A DNA stretch of 64,000 nt, taken from a bacterium (GTDB lineage: Bacteria > Ratteibacteria > UBA8468 > B48-G9 > JAFGKM01). Below the pieces are notes generated by a model that searched no databases, was not told where the DNA came from, and saw nothing but the letters and a program-made list of their open reading frames with translations. Each line of letters opens with the position of its first letter. Within the stretch, counting starts at the first letter, position 1. The stretch spans positions 390-64,389 of the forward strand of contig JAOAIL010000006.1 in assembly GCA_026414725.1 (NCBI GenBank), in the 5' to 3' direction. Below are positions 32,486 to 42,804 of this stretch, one piece after another. A program made the position numbers and the translations under genes.

Positions 32486-33748
32486 CTATTTTATATATTT
32501 ACCGTAATAGTCAGCGGTCTCACCCAGTATATCTTCTATCCTCAATAACTGGTTATACTTACAGAGCCGTTCAGACCTGCTGAGAGAACCACTTTTTATC
32601 TGTCCTGAATTTACTCCAACGGCAAGGTCTGCAATAAAAGAGTCCTCTGTTTCACCGCTTCTATGTGATATAACTGTCCGGTAATTATTCCTCTGTGCCA
32701 TTTCTATTGTTTCCAGTGTCTCTGTAAGTGTGCCTATCTGATTTACCTTTATAAGGATAGCATTGGCAATTCCTTTTTCTATTCCCTTTTTGAATATCCC
32801 TGGATTGGTAACAAAAATATCATCTCCTACAATCTGAATCTTTTTACCGAGCACGTCTGTTAAGTTTTTCCATCCATCCCAGTCATTCTCCGCCAGCCCA
32901 TCTTCTATTGAGAAGATAGGATATTTTTTCACTATCTTTTCATAATATTCTATCAAATAATCAGATGCTACCTTCTTGCCTTCAAAACTATACTTACCAT
33001 TTTCCCAGAGGGAAGATGCTGCTGTATCAAGTGCAATAGAAATATCTTTTCCCGGTTTATATCCCGCTTCTTCTATTGCCTTTATTATTAACTCTATCGC
33101 TTCTTCATTCTTACTTAAGTTAGGAGCAAATCCACCCTCATCTCCTACCGATGTATTGTACCCCTTCCCTTTCAGTGTCTTTTTCAAAACCTGAAATGCC
33201 TCTGCTACCATCCTGTAGCCATCACTGAAATTTTTTGCCCCAACAGGTGCTATCATAAATTCCTGTATATCAAGGTTATTATCTGCATGAAGTCCACCAT
33301 TTATAACATTACAGAGAGGCACAGGCATTAGATTTGCCTTAACACCTCCGAGATAAAAATATAGAGGAACACCTAAAACTTCTGCAGATGCTCTCGCTAC
33401 TGCTAAACTCACTCCTAAAATAGCATTGGCACCTAACTTTGATTTATTTTCAGTCCCATCCAGCTCTATAAGTGTCCGGTCTATAAGTCGCTGGTCAAAG
33501 ACACTCATACCTGCAATTTCAGGTGCTATCACCTCATTAACATTTTTTACTGCTTTCTCAACTCCCTTACCGAGAAATTTCTTTCCACCATCCCTTAACT
33601 CAAGGGCTTCTCTTTCTCCTGTAGAAGCACCGGAAGGAACTGCTGCCCTACCTACTTCACCACTTTCAACATATACTTCCACTTCTATTGTAGGATTACC
33701 TCTTGAATCAACAATCTGTCTTCCATATACATCTACTATCTCCATCAT
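32486..33748 (-). CDS. eno: Enolase
   Basis: 420 aa. Canonical enolase motifs (SHRSGETED). Confidence 0.95.
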   Translation of the reverse strand: MMEIVDVYGRQIVDSRGNPTIEVEVYVESGEVGRAAVPSGASTGEREALELRDGGKKFLGKGVEKAVKNVNEVIAPEIAGMSVFDQRLIDRTLIELDGTENKSKLGANAILGVSLAVARASAEVLGVPLYFYLGGVKANLMPVPLCNVINGGLHADNNLDIQEFMIAPVGAKNFSDGYRMVAEAFQVLKKTLKGKGYNTSVGDEGGFAPNLSKNEEAIELIIKAIEEAGYKPGKDISIALDTAASSLWENGKYSFEGKKVASDYLIEYYEKIVKKYPIFSIEDGLAENDWDGWKNLTDVLGKKIQIVGDDIFVTNPGIFKKGIEKGIANAILIKVNQIGTLTETLETIEMAQRNNYRTVISHRSGETEDSFIADLAVGVNSGQIKSGSLSRSERLCKYNQLLRIEDILGETADYYGKYIK

Positions 33749-33757
33749 ATCCTCCCT

Positions 33758-34405
33758 TTATAAGTTTGTTATCAGATATTCTTTTAATAAAATAAGATTA
33801 TCAAATATCATTATATCACTGTATTTTTCAAGTTCCTCTTTTGAAGAAGAACCAGTAGAGACAATATATGTATCAACCCCTGCACTTTTACCTGTCAGAT
33901 AATCAATATCCATATCCCCTACAAAAAAAGTTTGCTTCTTGTCTATTCCGAGGGTTCCCATTGCTTTAAGTAATATTTCAGGGTCTGGCTTGGGTCTTTC
34001 AACATCATCTGCTGTATATATTATATCAAAGTAGTCCTTTATATTCAATTTTTTAAGTACAGGACTGACAGAAAAACTTGCTCTGTTCGTAGCAGCAACT
34101 ATATATAGATTTTTCTCTTTAAGGTATCTCAATAAATCTTCAGCACCTTCCATAAGATTTACATTACCTTCAAGAAATTGTATATGTTTTTCCCGGTATA
34201 AAGATATAAAATCAGCAATATCTTCTTTCCTTACAATTCTTCCAGCGAGGTCTTTATCTCCTCTACCTACAACCTTTTTAGCAATTTCAAGAGAAACAGG
34301 AGGATAGTTTAATTTTTTTAGGCAGTAGTTTATTGTATCTCTTATTGATTTATAGGCATCTATCAGCGTTCCATCAAGGTCAAATATAGCGATTTTTTTG
34401 TTCAT
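33758..34405 (-). CDS. HAD-superfamily hydrolase (phosphoglycolate-phosphatase-like)
   Basis: DLDGTL motif I and GDxxxD motif. Confidence 0.8.
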   Translation of the reverse strand: MNKKIAIFDLDGTLIDAYKSIRDTINYCLKKLNYPPVSLEIAKKVVGRGDKDLAGRIVRKEDIADFISLYREKHIQFLEGNVNLMEGAEDLLRYLKEKNLYIVAATNRASFSVSPVLKKLNIKDYFDIIYTADDVERPKPDPEILLKAMGTLGIDKKQTFFVGDMDIDYLTGKSAGVDTYIVSTGSSSKEELEKYSDIMIFDNLILLKEYLITNL

Positions 34406-34508
34406 AATGAGAATTAAATTACACTAAACCTTTCTATATGTCAATTGTCTAATATATGAAAAAGAGGAGGAAAATGGTACAGAAAATTTCAAAAGGAGGT
34501 GAAAGAAG

Positions 34509-34928
34509 ATGAGAAGAAGTATAGTGATACTAACAGGAATTTTTCTCTTATCTGGATTAACCTTTGGACAGGAAATGAAACAGAACTCACAGGTGAGGGA
34601 ACGGTTGAGAAATGCTATGGAGATTCGTCGCGAGATGCGCGAGATAGAAAGACAGACAATAGAAAGTGATGCAGAACTCCAAGGAATAATGAATAAGATA
34701 AAGGACCTTCACAAACAGTTAAGAGAGAGATTGGACTCAAAATTAGCAAATAATACAGAATACCAGCAACTGAAAAAAGAACTGGAAGGAATAAGAGAAG
34801 AGTGGAAGGAAAGATGGAAGAGACAGGAAGGACCTACTCATGGAGGCCCACCACCCGCTAATATACATCAATCAGGTGAAAAAACTATACATCAATCAGG
34901 CGAAAAAGGAAAGAAACAAGGCAAGTAA
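34509..34928 (+). CDS. Secreted coiled-coil protein with a C-terminal tandem repeat
   Basis: Signal peptide. Charged helical region. Duplicated IHQSGEK octapeptide. Confidence 0.6.
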   Translation: MRRSIVILTGIFLLSGLTFGQEMKQNSQVRERLRNAMEIRREMREIERQTIESDAELQGIMNKIKDLHKQLRERLDSKLANNTEYQQLKKELEGIREEWKERWKRQEGPTHGGPPPANIHQSGEKTIHQSGEKGKKQGK

Positions 34929-34950
34929 AAACTATTTCTTTCCTTGAAAA

Positions 34951-34992
34951 GGGATGGAAAGAAAAACCATCCCTTTTCTTTTTTTCTTTTTT
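34951..34992 (+). terminator. Rho-independent terminator
   Basis: GGGATGG-loop-CCATCCC hairpin followed by a T-run. Confidence 0.6.
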
Positions 34993-35031
34993 GATATATT
35001 ATATTCCTGTAGTTATTTTTAAGGTATTTTT

Positions 35032-35895
35032 ATGACTGGAATAGATATAATTATTTCAATTCTGCTCTTAAGTGGACTCTTACTTGGCATTGTTAGAGGA
35101 TTTGTAAGTAGTATCTTTGACCTTATTGGAATTGCTATAGGTATAATACTTGCTTCACAGATATATAGAGCACCTGCAAATCTTTTTGAAAGATTCAATA
35201 TAAAAGGAAATGCTGTAGACCTTACCTTTTTTCTTCTTTTGTCCCTCATATTAATCGCCACCTGTATGTTCTTCTTAGACCTTATTAGAAAAAGGGTTGA
35301 GTATAAACACATCATTGACAGGATACTTGGCGTTGCACCTGGTACTTTAGAAGGAGCTCTTTTTACAGGAATAATTCTTGTAGCAATGAGTGTTTCATTT
35401 AATTCTGCTACGGAAGTGCAACAGAGTAAATTGTCAAAATACTTTCTAAAATATCTGCCTCCCATCTATGAAAAAACAGATAAATGGAAGATTAATCTTC
35501 CAAAGATGATATATCTACCTTCTAAATATTTTGATGAGTTTAACAGTGAAAACAAAGAGATATATTTCAGAAAAATAAACTTTTCTCAATGGAATGGCAT
35601 TACCTGTATGGAGTGTGGTGGTAAGGTAAAATTTGATGGATACTTCCTAAGGATAGGTGCTGCAATCGTTCCAAAATTCACCTGTGATGTCTGTGGAAGA
35701 ATTTCTGATGGATGCCAGACATATGAAGGGTTCCATAGGTTATACAGAAGTTGTCCTGTAGAGATTGCAAAACAGAAGGTTAGGTTTGATTGTGGAAGAT
35801 GGACAAACCATAAACTTATTTCTCCAAAAGGGCAATGCCCTGTTGATGGGAATAAACTTGATATATGGGAGTGGGAACCACCTCAGTCATATTAA
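35032..35895 (+). CDS. cvpA: CvpA family membrane protein with a C-terminal cysteine-rich (zinc-ribbon-like) extension
   Basis: N-terminal CvpA TM helices. C-terminus carries CMECGG...CDVCG...CPVDG cysteine pairs. Confidence 0.7.
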   Translation: MTGIDIIISILLLSGLLLGIVRGFVSSIFDLIGIAIGIILASQIYRAPANLFERFNIKGNAVDLTFFLLLSLILIATCMFFLDLIRKRVEYKHIIDRILGVAPGTLEGALFTGIILVAMSVSFNSATEVQQSKLSKYFLKYLPPIYEKTDKWKINLPKMIYLPSKYFDEFNSENKEIYFRKINFSQWNGITCMECGGKVKFDGYFLRIGAAIVPKFTCDVCGRISDGCQTYEGFHRLYRSCPVEIAKQKVRFDCGRWTNHKLISPKGQCPVDGNKLDIWEWEPPQSY

Positions 35896-35909
35896 ATCCA
35901 AAATCCTGA

Positions 35910-36446
35910 TTATTTTTTAGAACCACCAAGAAGTTTTACAATCTCTTTTCCAAATTCCTCTGCTGCATCAGGACCGTTTGCCGTTACTATCTTTCCATCA
36001 GAAACTACTGGCTTATCCACACAGATTGCTCCTGCACTCTTCAAACTTTCCAGTTCACTGGGATACACAGTCGCTTTTTTCCCCTTCAATACCCCTGCTC
36101 TCGCAAGAATTCCAGGGGCAATACAGATAGCACCAACAACCTTTCCTTTTTCATATGCATCTTTTGCAAGTTGCAGTGCGGTCTTATCAGTAAAGTAATC
36201 GGCAGAACCAGGACCACCTACAAATACAACTCCTGCATAATCATTCACATTTACCTCTGCAAGACCAATATCTACATGTACAGTACTTCCGAGTTTTCCT
36301 CTGGCAGTACCTTTTTGCATGGAGGCAGTCACTACTTTATAGCCCGCTGATTCAAGAACCTGCTTTGGTTTAAAATACTCTTCATCACGAAATCCATTCT
36401 GTGCAATTATTAAGAGGACCATAACTACCCCCTTTATCAATATCAT
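35910..36446 (-). CDS. DJ-1/PfpI family protein
   Basis: Class I glutamine amidotransferase-like fold with the AICIAP nucleophile elbow. Confidence 0.85.
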   Translation of the reverse strand: MILIKGVVMVLLIIAQNGFRDEEYFKPKQVLESAGYKVVTASMQKGTARGKLGSTVHVDIGLAEVNVNDYAGVVFVGGPGSADYFTDKTALQLAKDAYEKGKVVGAICIAPGILARAGVLKGKKATVYPSELESLKSAGAICVDKPVVSDGKIVTANGPDAAEEFGKEIVKLLGGSKK

Positions 36447-36635
36447 CTACTCTCCTTTTTAAAGTTATATTACCTGATTTCTAAAATAACGTCAAGCACT
36501 CATAAGGATAGGACAAGAAACCTCTGAAATATTTACCTAAAGTTGTATGCCTCTTCTTTAAAAGCAGTAAATTTTTTCACTATATATGGAAAAAAAACAT
36601 TTATTAAAGTAAGATATTATTACAGGAGAAATATA

Positions 36636-37268
36636 ATGAAGATAACAGGACTTTATTTTATAACGGACTCAATCCTTACAAAAAAATCAATAATTGCTGA
36701 TGTAGAAGCATCAATAAAAGCAGGTACAGAGATAGTTCAATACAGGGAAAAGGATAAACCTGCAAGGGAGATGTTAGAAGAAGCATTTAAGATAAAAAAG
36801 ATATGTGAAGGGAAAGCCATCTTCTTAGTTAATGACAGAGTAGATATTGCATTAATTGTAGATGCAGATGGGGTCCACCTCGGTCAGGATGATATTCCCT
36901 GTGTATATGCAAGAGAAATTTTAGGTAAAGATAAAATTATTGGTATAACTGTCCATAATGTAGAAGAGGCAATAAAAGCAGAAGAAGATGGTGCTAACTA
37001 TTTAGGTGTATCCCCTATCTTTCTAACAAAGACAAAAAAAGATGCGAGGGCACCATTAGGGGTTGAAGTAATAAAAGAAATAAAAAAAGTGGTTTCTCTC
37101 CCTGTGATTGTAGCTGGTGGTATCAATCTGGATAATCTTGCCTCTGTTCTTTCTGCAGGTGCTGATGGTATAGCATCTGTCTCTGCAATAATATCAGGTG
37201 GAAATGTAGAAGAAGAGTGTAGAAAGTTTATAAAAGCAATCTCTGAATTCAAAAGTATCTCTCAATAA
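36636..37268 (+). CDS. thiE: Thiamine-phosphate synthase
   Basis: MKITGLYFITD start and GADGVHLGQDD motif. Internal Met chosen as start. Confidence 0.85.
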   Translation: MKITGLYFITDSILTKKSIIADVEASIKAGTEIVQYREKDKPAREMLEEAFKIKKICEGKAIFLVNDRVDIALIVDADGVHLGQDDIPCVYAREILGKDKIIGITVHNVEEAIKAEEDGANYLGVSPIFLTKTKKDARAPLGVEVIKEIKKVVSLPVIVAGGINLDNLASVLSAGADGIASVSAIISGGNVEEECRKFIKAISEFKSISQ

Positions 37269-38244
37269 TAACCCTTATCTTCTCTAAATCCTCTCTGGAA
37301 AGTATTATATCTCCTGCTTTAACATTTTCTAATACCTGTGCTGGACTTCTTGCCCCGACGAGTGCGTGTGTACAGCCATCTTGATGTAAAACCCAGGCAA
37401 TAGCAAGTTGTGTAAATGTGATACTATATTTTTCCGTAAACGGTTTTAACTCTGAAAGCATCTTTTGAATCTTAAGGCGGTTTTCTATTGTAAAAAGTGG
37501 ATGGTCCCTCCTGTGGTCTCCTTCAGGGAAAACTACTTCAGGTGTAACTTTACCTGTAAGCAGTCCTCTGGCAATTGGAGAATAGGCAAGGAATGCGATA
37601 TTATGTTTTTTACAGTAAGGTAGGTTATCTATTTCTTTTTTTCTGTCAATTATACTGTATCCTTCCTGGTCAGAATCAATCTCCCCCACCCTTCTATATT
37701 CATCCATCTGGGATGTTGTTGCATTACTCACACCGATTGCCCTTATCTTTCCTTCCTTTTTCAATTTCATAAGTGTATTCATTGTATCTTCTATAGGAGT
37801 TGTTGGGTCTTGCCAGTGTGTCTGATATAAGTCAATACAGTCAGTACCGAGTCGTTTCAAACTCTCTTCTATCTCTTTATTTATAGAAGATGGAGCGAGA
37901 TACTTAAAGACCTTGACTTCCCCACTATCCCTTCTTATTGTCTTCCCATCAGAATAAAAATGGAAGGTACCATTTTCTTTATCCCATACAAGTCCACATT
38001 TTGTAGCGAGGATAATTTTATCACGAATTCCTTTTATTGCCCTACCTACAATCTCTTCTGACCTTCCAAATCCATAGACAGGAGCGGTATCAATAAGATT
38101 TATACCATTATCAACAGCAGTTTTTATCGCTTCTATTGCGTCTTTTTCCTCAGCACCACCCCACATCCAGCCACCAATCGCCCAGGCACCAAACCCAACA
38201 ACTGATGCAGATATTTTAGATTGTCCAATTTCTCTGTATATCAT
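37249..38244 (-). CDS. Aldo/keto reductase family oxidoreductase
   Basis: MIYREIGQSKISASVVGFGAWAIGG AKR N-terminus. Second Met chosen as start. Confidence 0.85.
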   Translation of the reverse strand: MIYREIGQSKISASVVGFGAWAIGGWMWGGAEEKDAIEAIKTAVDNGINLIDTAPVYGFGRSEEIVGRAIKGIRDKIILATKCGLVWDKENGTFHFYSDGKTIRRDSGEVKVFKYLAPSSINKEIEESLKRLGTDCIDLYQTHWQDPTTPIEDTMNTLMKLKKEGKIRAIGVSNATTSQMDEYRRVGEIDSDQEGYSIIDRKKEIDNLPYCKKHNIAFLAYSPIARGLLTGKVTPEVVFPEGDHRRDHPLFTIENRLKIQKMLSELKPFTEKYSITFTQLAIAWVLHQDGCTHALVGARSPAQVLENVKAGDIILSREDLEKIRVIIERYF

Positions 38245-38251
38245 AATAAAC

Positions 38252-38683
38252 TTACTTTTTCTCAAAAGAGGCAAGCAATTCCTCTGTTACATCCTTTCCA
38301 CCTGCAATGAGAGCATTTTTATCAACCACATATGTATAACCCTTTTTCTTTGCAAACTTCTGCACATCATCCTTCATTTTATTAAATGCCTCTTCCTGAA
38401 GGTTCATCGCTAATGTCCTTAATTCCATCTGCATCTGTATCTGCGCATTTTTCTTCTCTTCTTCGTTTTCTATACCTTCTAACTTTTTCTGCATCTCTCC
38501 TGCCTGTGCCTGAAATTTCTCCATTGCTTCTTTAAAGGCAGGATGTGCCTCAAACACCTTCCCTGTATCTATTGAAACAATCTTCACATCTGCTGCATAA
38601 CCCTTTAATGCTAATCCAAGAAAGGAAACACACAAAATTACTACTCCATTTATAAAACCCTTCTTTTCTAATCTAACCATCAT
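38252..38683 (-). CDS. skp: OmpH/Skp family periplasmic chaperone
   Basis: Signal peptide followed by a Skp-like coiled coil. Confidence 0.75.
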   Translation of the reverse strand: MMVRLEKKGFINGVVILCVSFLGLALKGYAADVKIVSIDTGKVFEAHPAFKEAMEKFQAQAGEMQKKLEGIENEEEKKNAQIQMQMELRTLAMNLQEEAFNKMKDDVQKFAKKKGYTYVVDKNALIAGGKDVTEELLASFEKK

Positions 38684-38789
38684 CTTCCCCCTTTTTTATT
38701 TTATATAGTATCATAGATTTCATATACTTCCAAAAAATAAATTCTTATTCCCTGTTTTTCATATAGGTAATACCAGAAATAAAAAATAC

Positions 38790-38817
38790 TTGACAAAAAT
38801 AAAAAAACGTATATACT
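38790..38817 (+). promoter_or_regulatory. Sigma70-type promoter (TTGACA, 16 nt spacer, TATACT)
   Basis: Consensus hexamers upstream of the regulator gene. Confidence 0.5.
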
Positions 38818-38909
38818 AACTCTTTAAAAATCTTAAAAAAGAGTAGATGGGTAGTATATATTTCACCCTTACCTTAATCCTCTCCCCTTAAAGGAGAAGA
38901 AATTAATTA

Positions 38910-40046
38910 ATGAAGAAAAGGAAAGGGAAAGATATGGGGAAGACAAAAAAGACAATAGAGAAGGTGGAAAGAAGTGCAGTTGATAGAGTTAAGGAGAATC
39001 TGAAGGCAAGAATTTTAAAGGGTGCGTTCTCCACAGAGATAAGATTCCCTTCTGAAAGGAAATTGGGTAAAGAGTATAGTGTAAGCAGGATTACAATAAG
39101 ACATGCCATAAGTGAACTTGTTGCAGAAGGATATCTCTTCAGGATTCCTTTTAAAGGAACTTATGTATCAAAAGATATTTCAAAACAGACAATAGAAATT
39201 ATAGTTAATCCTCCTTTAAATATTTCTTTCTTTGCTGATGTACTGGAAGGATTTGAAAGTGCAGTATCAAAAGATGGGAATAAACTTATACTTAAATGCA
39301 CAGATGCAAACGCGGATACAGAGAGAAAATACCTTGAGAGGATAAGAGAAGAAAAACTGGATGGGCTTGTAATTATTTCAGGTATACATTCTCTTTCAAA
39401 TGTTGACTTAATAAAAAAGGTATCTCACATCCTTCCTGTAGTTGTGATTGATAGATATCTGGGAGAGGTGGAAGCGGACTATATTACTTCTGATGATGAA
39501 AAAGGTGGCTATCTTGCAACAAAACACATGATTGAACTCGGGTGTAGAAAAATTCTACATCTCGCAGGACCATTACAGCACTCAACTGCAAGGGCACGAC
39601 TGAATGGATACAGAAAGGCACTTGATGAGTTCAATATTGAGTTTGATGAGGAAATGGTGAGGCACACTGACTGGAATATAGAGAGTGGATACTACGAAGC
39701 AAAAAAATTTTTGATGAATAATAGGGTAGATGGTATATTTGCCTCCAATGACGAGATAGCTGTTGGTGCTTTTAAAGCAATAAGAGAACTCGGACTCAGT
39801 ATCCCATCAGATATATCAATTGTGGGATACGGAAACCTTACGATTGGACGATATCTTGAAATTCCACTGACAACTATTGACCAGAAGCCAGAGAAAATTG
39901 GAGCAGAGGCATACAGGATTTTAATGGAGCGGTTAAAAGGAGAAAGGAATAGCCATACATTGAAAAAGGTAGCTATGGATGTGGAACTTATCATCAGGGA
40001 AAGTTGTGGTATTCAAAAACAGATAAAGATAAAAGATTTTAGATAA
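38910..40046 (+). CDS. GntR-HTH transcriptional regulator with a LacI/PBP-type sugar-binding domain (AraR-like)
   Basis: N-terminal GntR HTH (YSVSRITIRHAISELV) followed by a periplasmic-binding-protein fold. Lies upstream of the fucosidase. Confidence 0.75.
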   Translation: MKKRKGKDMGKTKKTIEKVERSAVDRVKENLKARILKGAFSTEIRFPSERKLGKEYSVSRITIRHAISELVAEGYLFRIPFKGTYVSKDISKQTIEIIVNPPLNISFFADVLEGFESAVSKDGNKLILKCTDANADTERKYLERIREEKLDGLVIISGIHSLSNVDLIKKVSHILPVVVIDRYLGEVEADYITSDDEKGGYLATKHMIELGCRKILHLAGPLQHSTARARLNGYRKALDEFNIEFDEEMVRHTDWNIESGYYEAKKFLMNNRVDGIFASNDEIAVGAFKAIRELGLSIPSDISIVGYGNLTIGRYLEIPLTTIDQKPEKIGAEAYRILMERLKGERNSHTLKKVAMDVELIIRESCGIQKQIKIKDFR

Positions 40047-40070
40047 CTTTTTTGAAAAAGAGGTGAAATT

Positions 40071-41414
40071 ATGAAAATGCGATGGTGGGATGAGGCAAGG
40101 TTTGGTATGTTTATTCACTGGGGACTTTACTCTATTTTAGGTAGAGGAGAATGGGTGATGTATGTAGAGAGAATCCCTGTAGCAGAGTATGCAAAACTCG
40201 CAGATAAGTTTAAACCACCTAAAAGTTTTACACCAGAAGTATGGGTAAAGTTAGCAAAAGAGGCAGGAATGAGATATATGGTGTTTACAACCAGGCACCA
40301 TGATGGATTCTGTTTATTTGATTCAAAAGTAAGTGATTTCACTTCTGTAAAAACAGCAGCAAAGAGGGATTTTGTGGCAGAATACGTGGATGCCTGTAAA
40401 AAGTATAATATGAGGATTGGACTTTACTACAGTTTGATTGACTGGAGATTTCCCGGGGCTTTTAACAGAGGGAAATATCCGGTGTGCCAGGTGCCATTTC
40501 TATACAGGATTTTCAAATGGAAATCTCCCGGGGCTTTTGACAGAGAAAAATATTCGGAAAGTTTTGAAAAGATGGTAGAACAAGCACACCAGCAGGTAAG
40601 AGAACTTATGACAAATTATGGAAGGATTGATTACCTTTTCTATGATGGTGAATGGATACCTGGTGTCCGCTGTAATAGAAGTTATACGAAATCCAACGAA
40701 TCTCCTGAAATTGCAAAGTTGTGGAGGGCAAAAGAGTTAAATGCTATGGTGAGAAAATTACAACCAGAAATAATGATTAACAACCGTGCTGGTACATCAG
40801 AAGATGTGGATACTCCAGAACACCATATTGTCGCTTCTGATAAAAACAGGGCATGGGAAAGTAATACCACTATTGGTGATTGGTGCACATGGGGATATAC
40901 CAGACACAATCCTAATATGAAACCCACTACACAGTTAATTCAAGACCTCGTTGCCTGTGCAAGTAAAGCAGGAAACTATCTTCTCAATATAGGACCAAAA
41001 CCTGACGGCAGTGTTAGAGAAGAAGAGGTTGAGCGATTGAAAGCAATAGGAACATGGTTGAATAAAAATGGAGAAGCAATATATGGTTCTGAATATGTTC
41101 CTAACTCTGTTACATGTATCTGGGGAAGTAGTAAGGTCGGAATGATAACAGCAAAAGGAAATATAGCATATCTTCATATATTTCGATGGCAGGGAGAAAC
41201 TATAACATTAACAGGAGTAAAAAATAAGGTATATTCAGCAAGGATACTCGGGATAGATGAAAAAATAAGAGTTTACAGAGATAAATATGATAGAGTTGTA
41301 ATCACTGGACTTCCTGTAGATCCACCGGATAATTACGGAACTGTTATCGCTTTAGAACTGGATGGAAAACCAGAAGCAGTTGATTATTCAAAGATACCCA
41401 TTCCAGAATCCTGA
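40071..41414 (+). CDS. Alpha-L-fucosidase (GH29)
   Basis: FGMFIHWGLYS and TTRHHDGFCLFDS GH29 motifs. Confidence 0.85.
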   Translation: MKMRWWDEARFGMFIHWGLYSILGRGEWVMYVERIPVAEYAKLADKFKPPKSFTPEVWVKLAKEAGMRYMVFTTRHHDGFCLFDSKVSDFTSVKTAAKRDFVAEYVDACKKYNMRIGLYYSLIDWRFPGAFNRGKYPVCQVPFLYRIFKWKSPGAFDREKYSESFEKMVEQAHQQVRELMTNYGRIDYLFYDGEWIPGVRCNRSYTKSNESPEIAKLWRAKELNAMVRKLQPEIMINNRAGTSEDVDTPEHHIVASDKNRAWESNTTIGDWCTWGYTRHNPNMKPTTQLIQDLVACASKAGNYLLNIGPKPDGSVREEEVERLKAIGTWLNKNGEAIYGSEYVPNSVTCIWGSSKVGMITAKGNIAYLHIFRWQGETITLTGVKNKVYSARILGIDEKIRVYRDKYDRVVITGLPVDPPDNYGTVIALELDGKPEAVDYSKIPIPES

Positions 41415-41418
41415 TTGT

Positions 41419-41459
41419 TTTCACCCTCACCCATACCCTCTCCCCTCAAGGGAGAGGGA
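41419..41459. repeat. Single hairpin-a repeat unit between the convergent fucosidase and rmuC genes
   Basis: CACCCTCACCCATACCCTCTCCCCTCAAGGGAGAGGG. Confidence 0.8.
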
Positions 41460-41477
41460 TATAAAATGTAGGGTATT

Positions 41478-42683
41478 CTAACTATCCAATGGTGGAGGTA
41501 TCTGACTTTTATCTATCTCTTTTTCTGAAAGGGATTCTACACTTTTGAGTTTTGCCTGGATTTGTCTGGTGCGGGTTCCCACCAGTGTCTCTATATCTTT
41601 TCCTGCTCCTTCTATCTTTTCCTGTGCCTTTCTCAGTACTTCACCGAATTTTTCAAACTCCTTCTTTACCTCTGCAAGAACTCTCCATACCTCACTGCTT
41701 CTCTTCTGGATAGCAAGTGTTCTGAATCCCATATATAAACTATTTAAAAAAGCAGCCAGTGTAGAAGGTCCTGTAATAACTACTCTGTATTCTTTCTGTA
41801 ACATCTCAAAAAGTCCTGTCTTCCTTACAATCTCTGCATATAACCCTTCAGCAGGAACAAACAATATACCAAAGTCCGTTGTTTCTGGCGGATTGATATA
41901 CTTATCTCTTATGTCTTTTGCACACTTTTTAAGAGCGTTTTCCATTTCTCTGGAACACTTTTGAATATCTTCCTGATTTCCATTTTCATAGGCGTCTAAC
42001 AATCTGTAATAGACCTCTATCGGAAATTTTGAATCCACAGGAAGATATACCGGACTATCCCCTCCAGGAAGTTTAATAGCATATTCTACATATTCAGATG
42101 AACCCTTCCCTGCTGCAACATTTTTCTCATACTGCTCAGGAGCAAGTATATCTTCAAGTATACTACCCAACTGGATTTCTCCTAATATACCCCTGGATTT
42201 AACATTGGAAAGAACCTGTTTAAGGTCACCTACATCTGCTGCCAAATTTTTCATCTCCCCAAGTCCTTCATGTACCTGCTTCAGCCGTTCACTTACAAGA
42301 TTAAATGATTCACTTAATCGTTTTTCAAGTGTGGAATGTAGTTTCTCATCTACAATAGCACGCATCTCTTCCAGTTTCTTTGAATTTTCTTCCTGTAATG
42401 ACTGAAGACGTTTCTCAAGTGTCCCTGATATCATCTCACTTAAATTTTTCAATGCATTACTTAACTCTTCTCTCGTATCCCTGAAACTTTTTTGCATCTC
42501 CTCCCTGTTATGCATAAATTCTTCTCTTATAAGCGGGTCTATCCTGTTAAGTATATTTTCTATATCCCTGATTTTAAAGGTCATCTCTTCAACCTCTTCT
42601 TTTTCTCTCCTATTCTTAGAAAGTATAAATAGTAAGATAATAAGAACCACCAGAGAAACGATTGAAATAATATTATTAACCAT
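41478..42683 (-). CDS. rmuC: DNA recombination protein RmuC
   Basis: N-terminal TM helix, long coiled coil, and RmuC nuclease-like C-terminus. Confidence 0.8.
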   Translation of the reverse strand: MVNNIISIVSLVVLIILLFILSKNRREKEEVEEMTFKIRDIENILNRIDPLIREEFMHNREEMQKSFRDTREELSNALKNLSEMISGTLEKRLQSLQEENSKKLEEMRAIVDEKLHSTLEKRLSESFNLVSERLKQVHEGLGEMKNLAADVGDLKQVLSNVKSRGILGEIQLGSILEDILAPEQYEKNVAAGKGSSEYVEYAIKLPGGDSPVYLPVDSKFPIEVYYRLLDAYENGNQEDIQKCSREMENALKKCAKDIRDKYINPPETTDFGILFVPAEGLYAEIVRKTGLFEMLQKEYRVVITGPSTLAAFLNSLYMGFRTLAIQKRSSEVWRVLAEVKKEFEKFGEVLRKAQEKIEGAGKDIETLVGTRTRQIQAKLKSVESLSEKEIDKSQIPPPLDS

Positions 42684-42767
42684 TTTGTCCTATCCTCCGT
42701 TGTTAACAAATTATCATATATTGGATATTGTGACAATACCCTTTCTCTCAGTATTTTCTCAAAAGTA

Positions 42768-42798
42768 TTGACAGAAAGATATTTGAATATGTATAATT
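42768..42798 (+). promoter_or_regulatory. Sigma70-type promoter (TTGACA ... extended -10 TGTATAAT)
   Basis: Consensus hexamers upstream of the 42805 gene. Confidence 0.45.
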
Positions 42799-42804
42799 AA
42801 GTAG

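Noticed and set aside
36447-36635. Looked for a TPP riboswitch upstream of thiE.
   Set aside because: No CTGAGA or other THI-box motifs. The region is just an AT-rich promoter.
36543-36635. Long N-terminal extensions given by the ORF track for thiE (36543), ybeY (25525), phoU (55587), the fumarase beta subunit (28637) and the AKR (38274).
   Set aside because: The extensions lack homology, overlap neighbouring genes or repeat DNA, and internal Met codons give canonical N-termini. Starts were moved accordingly.
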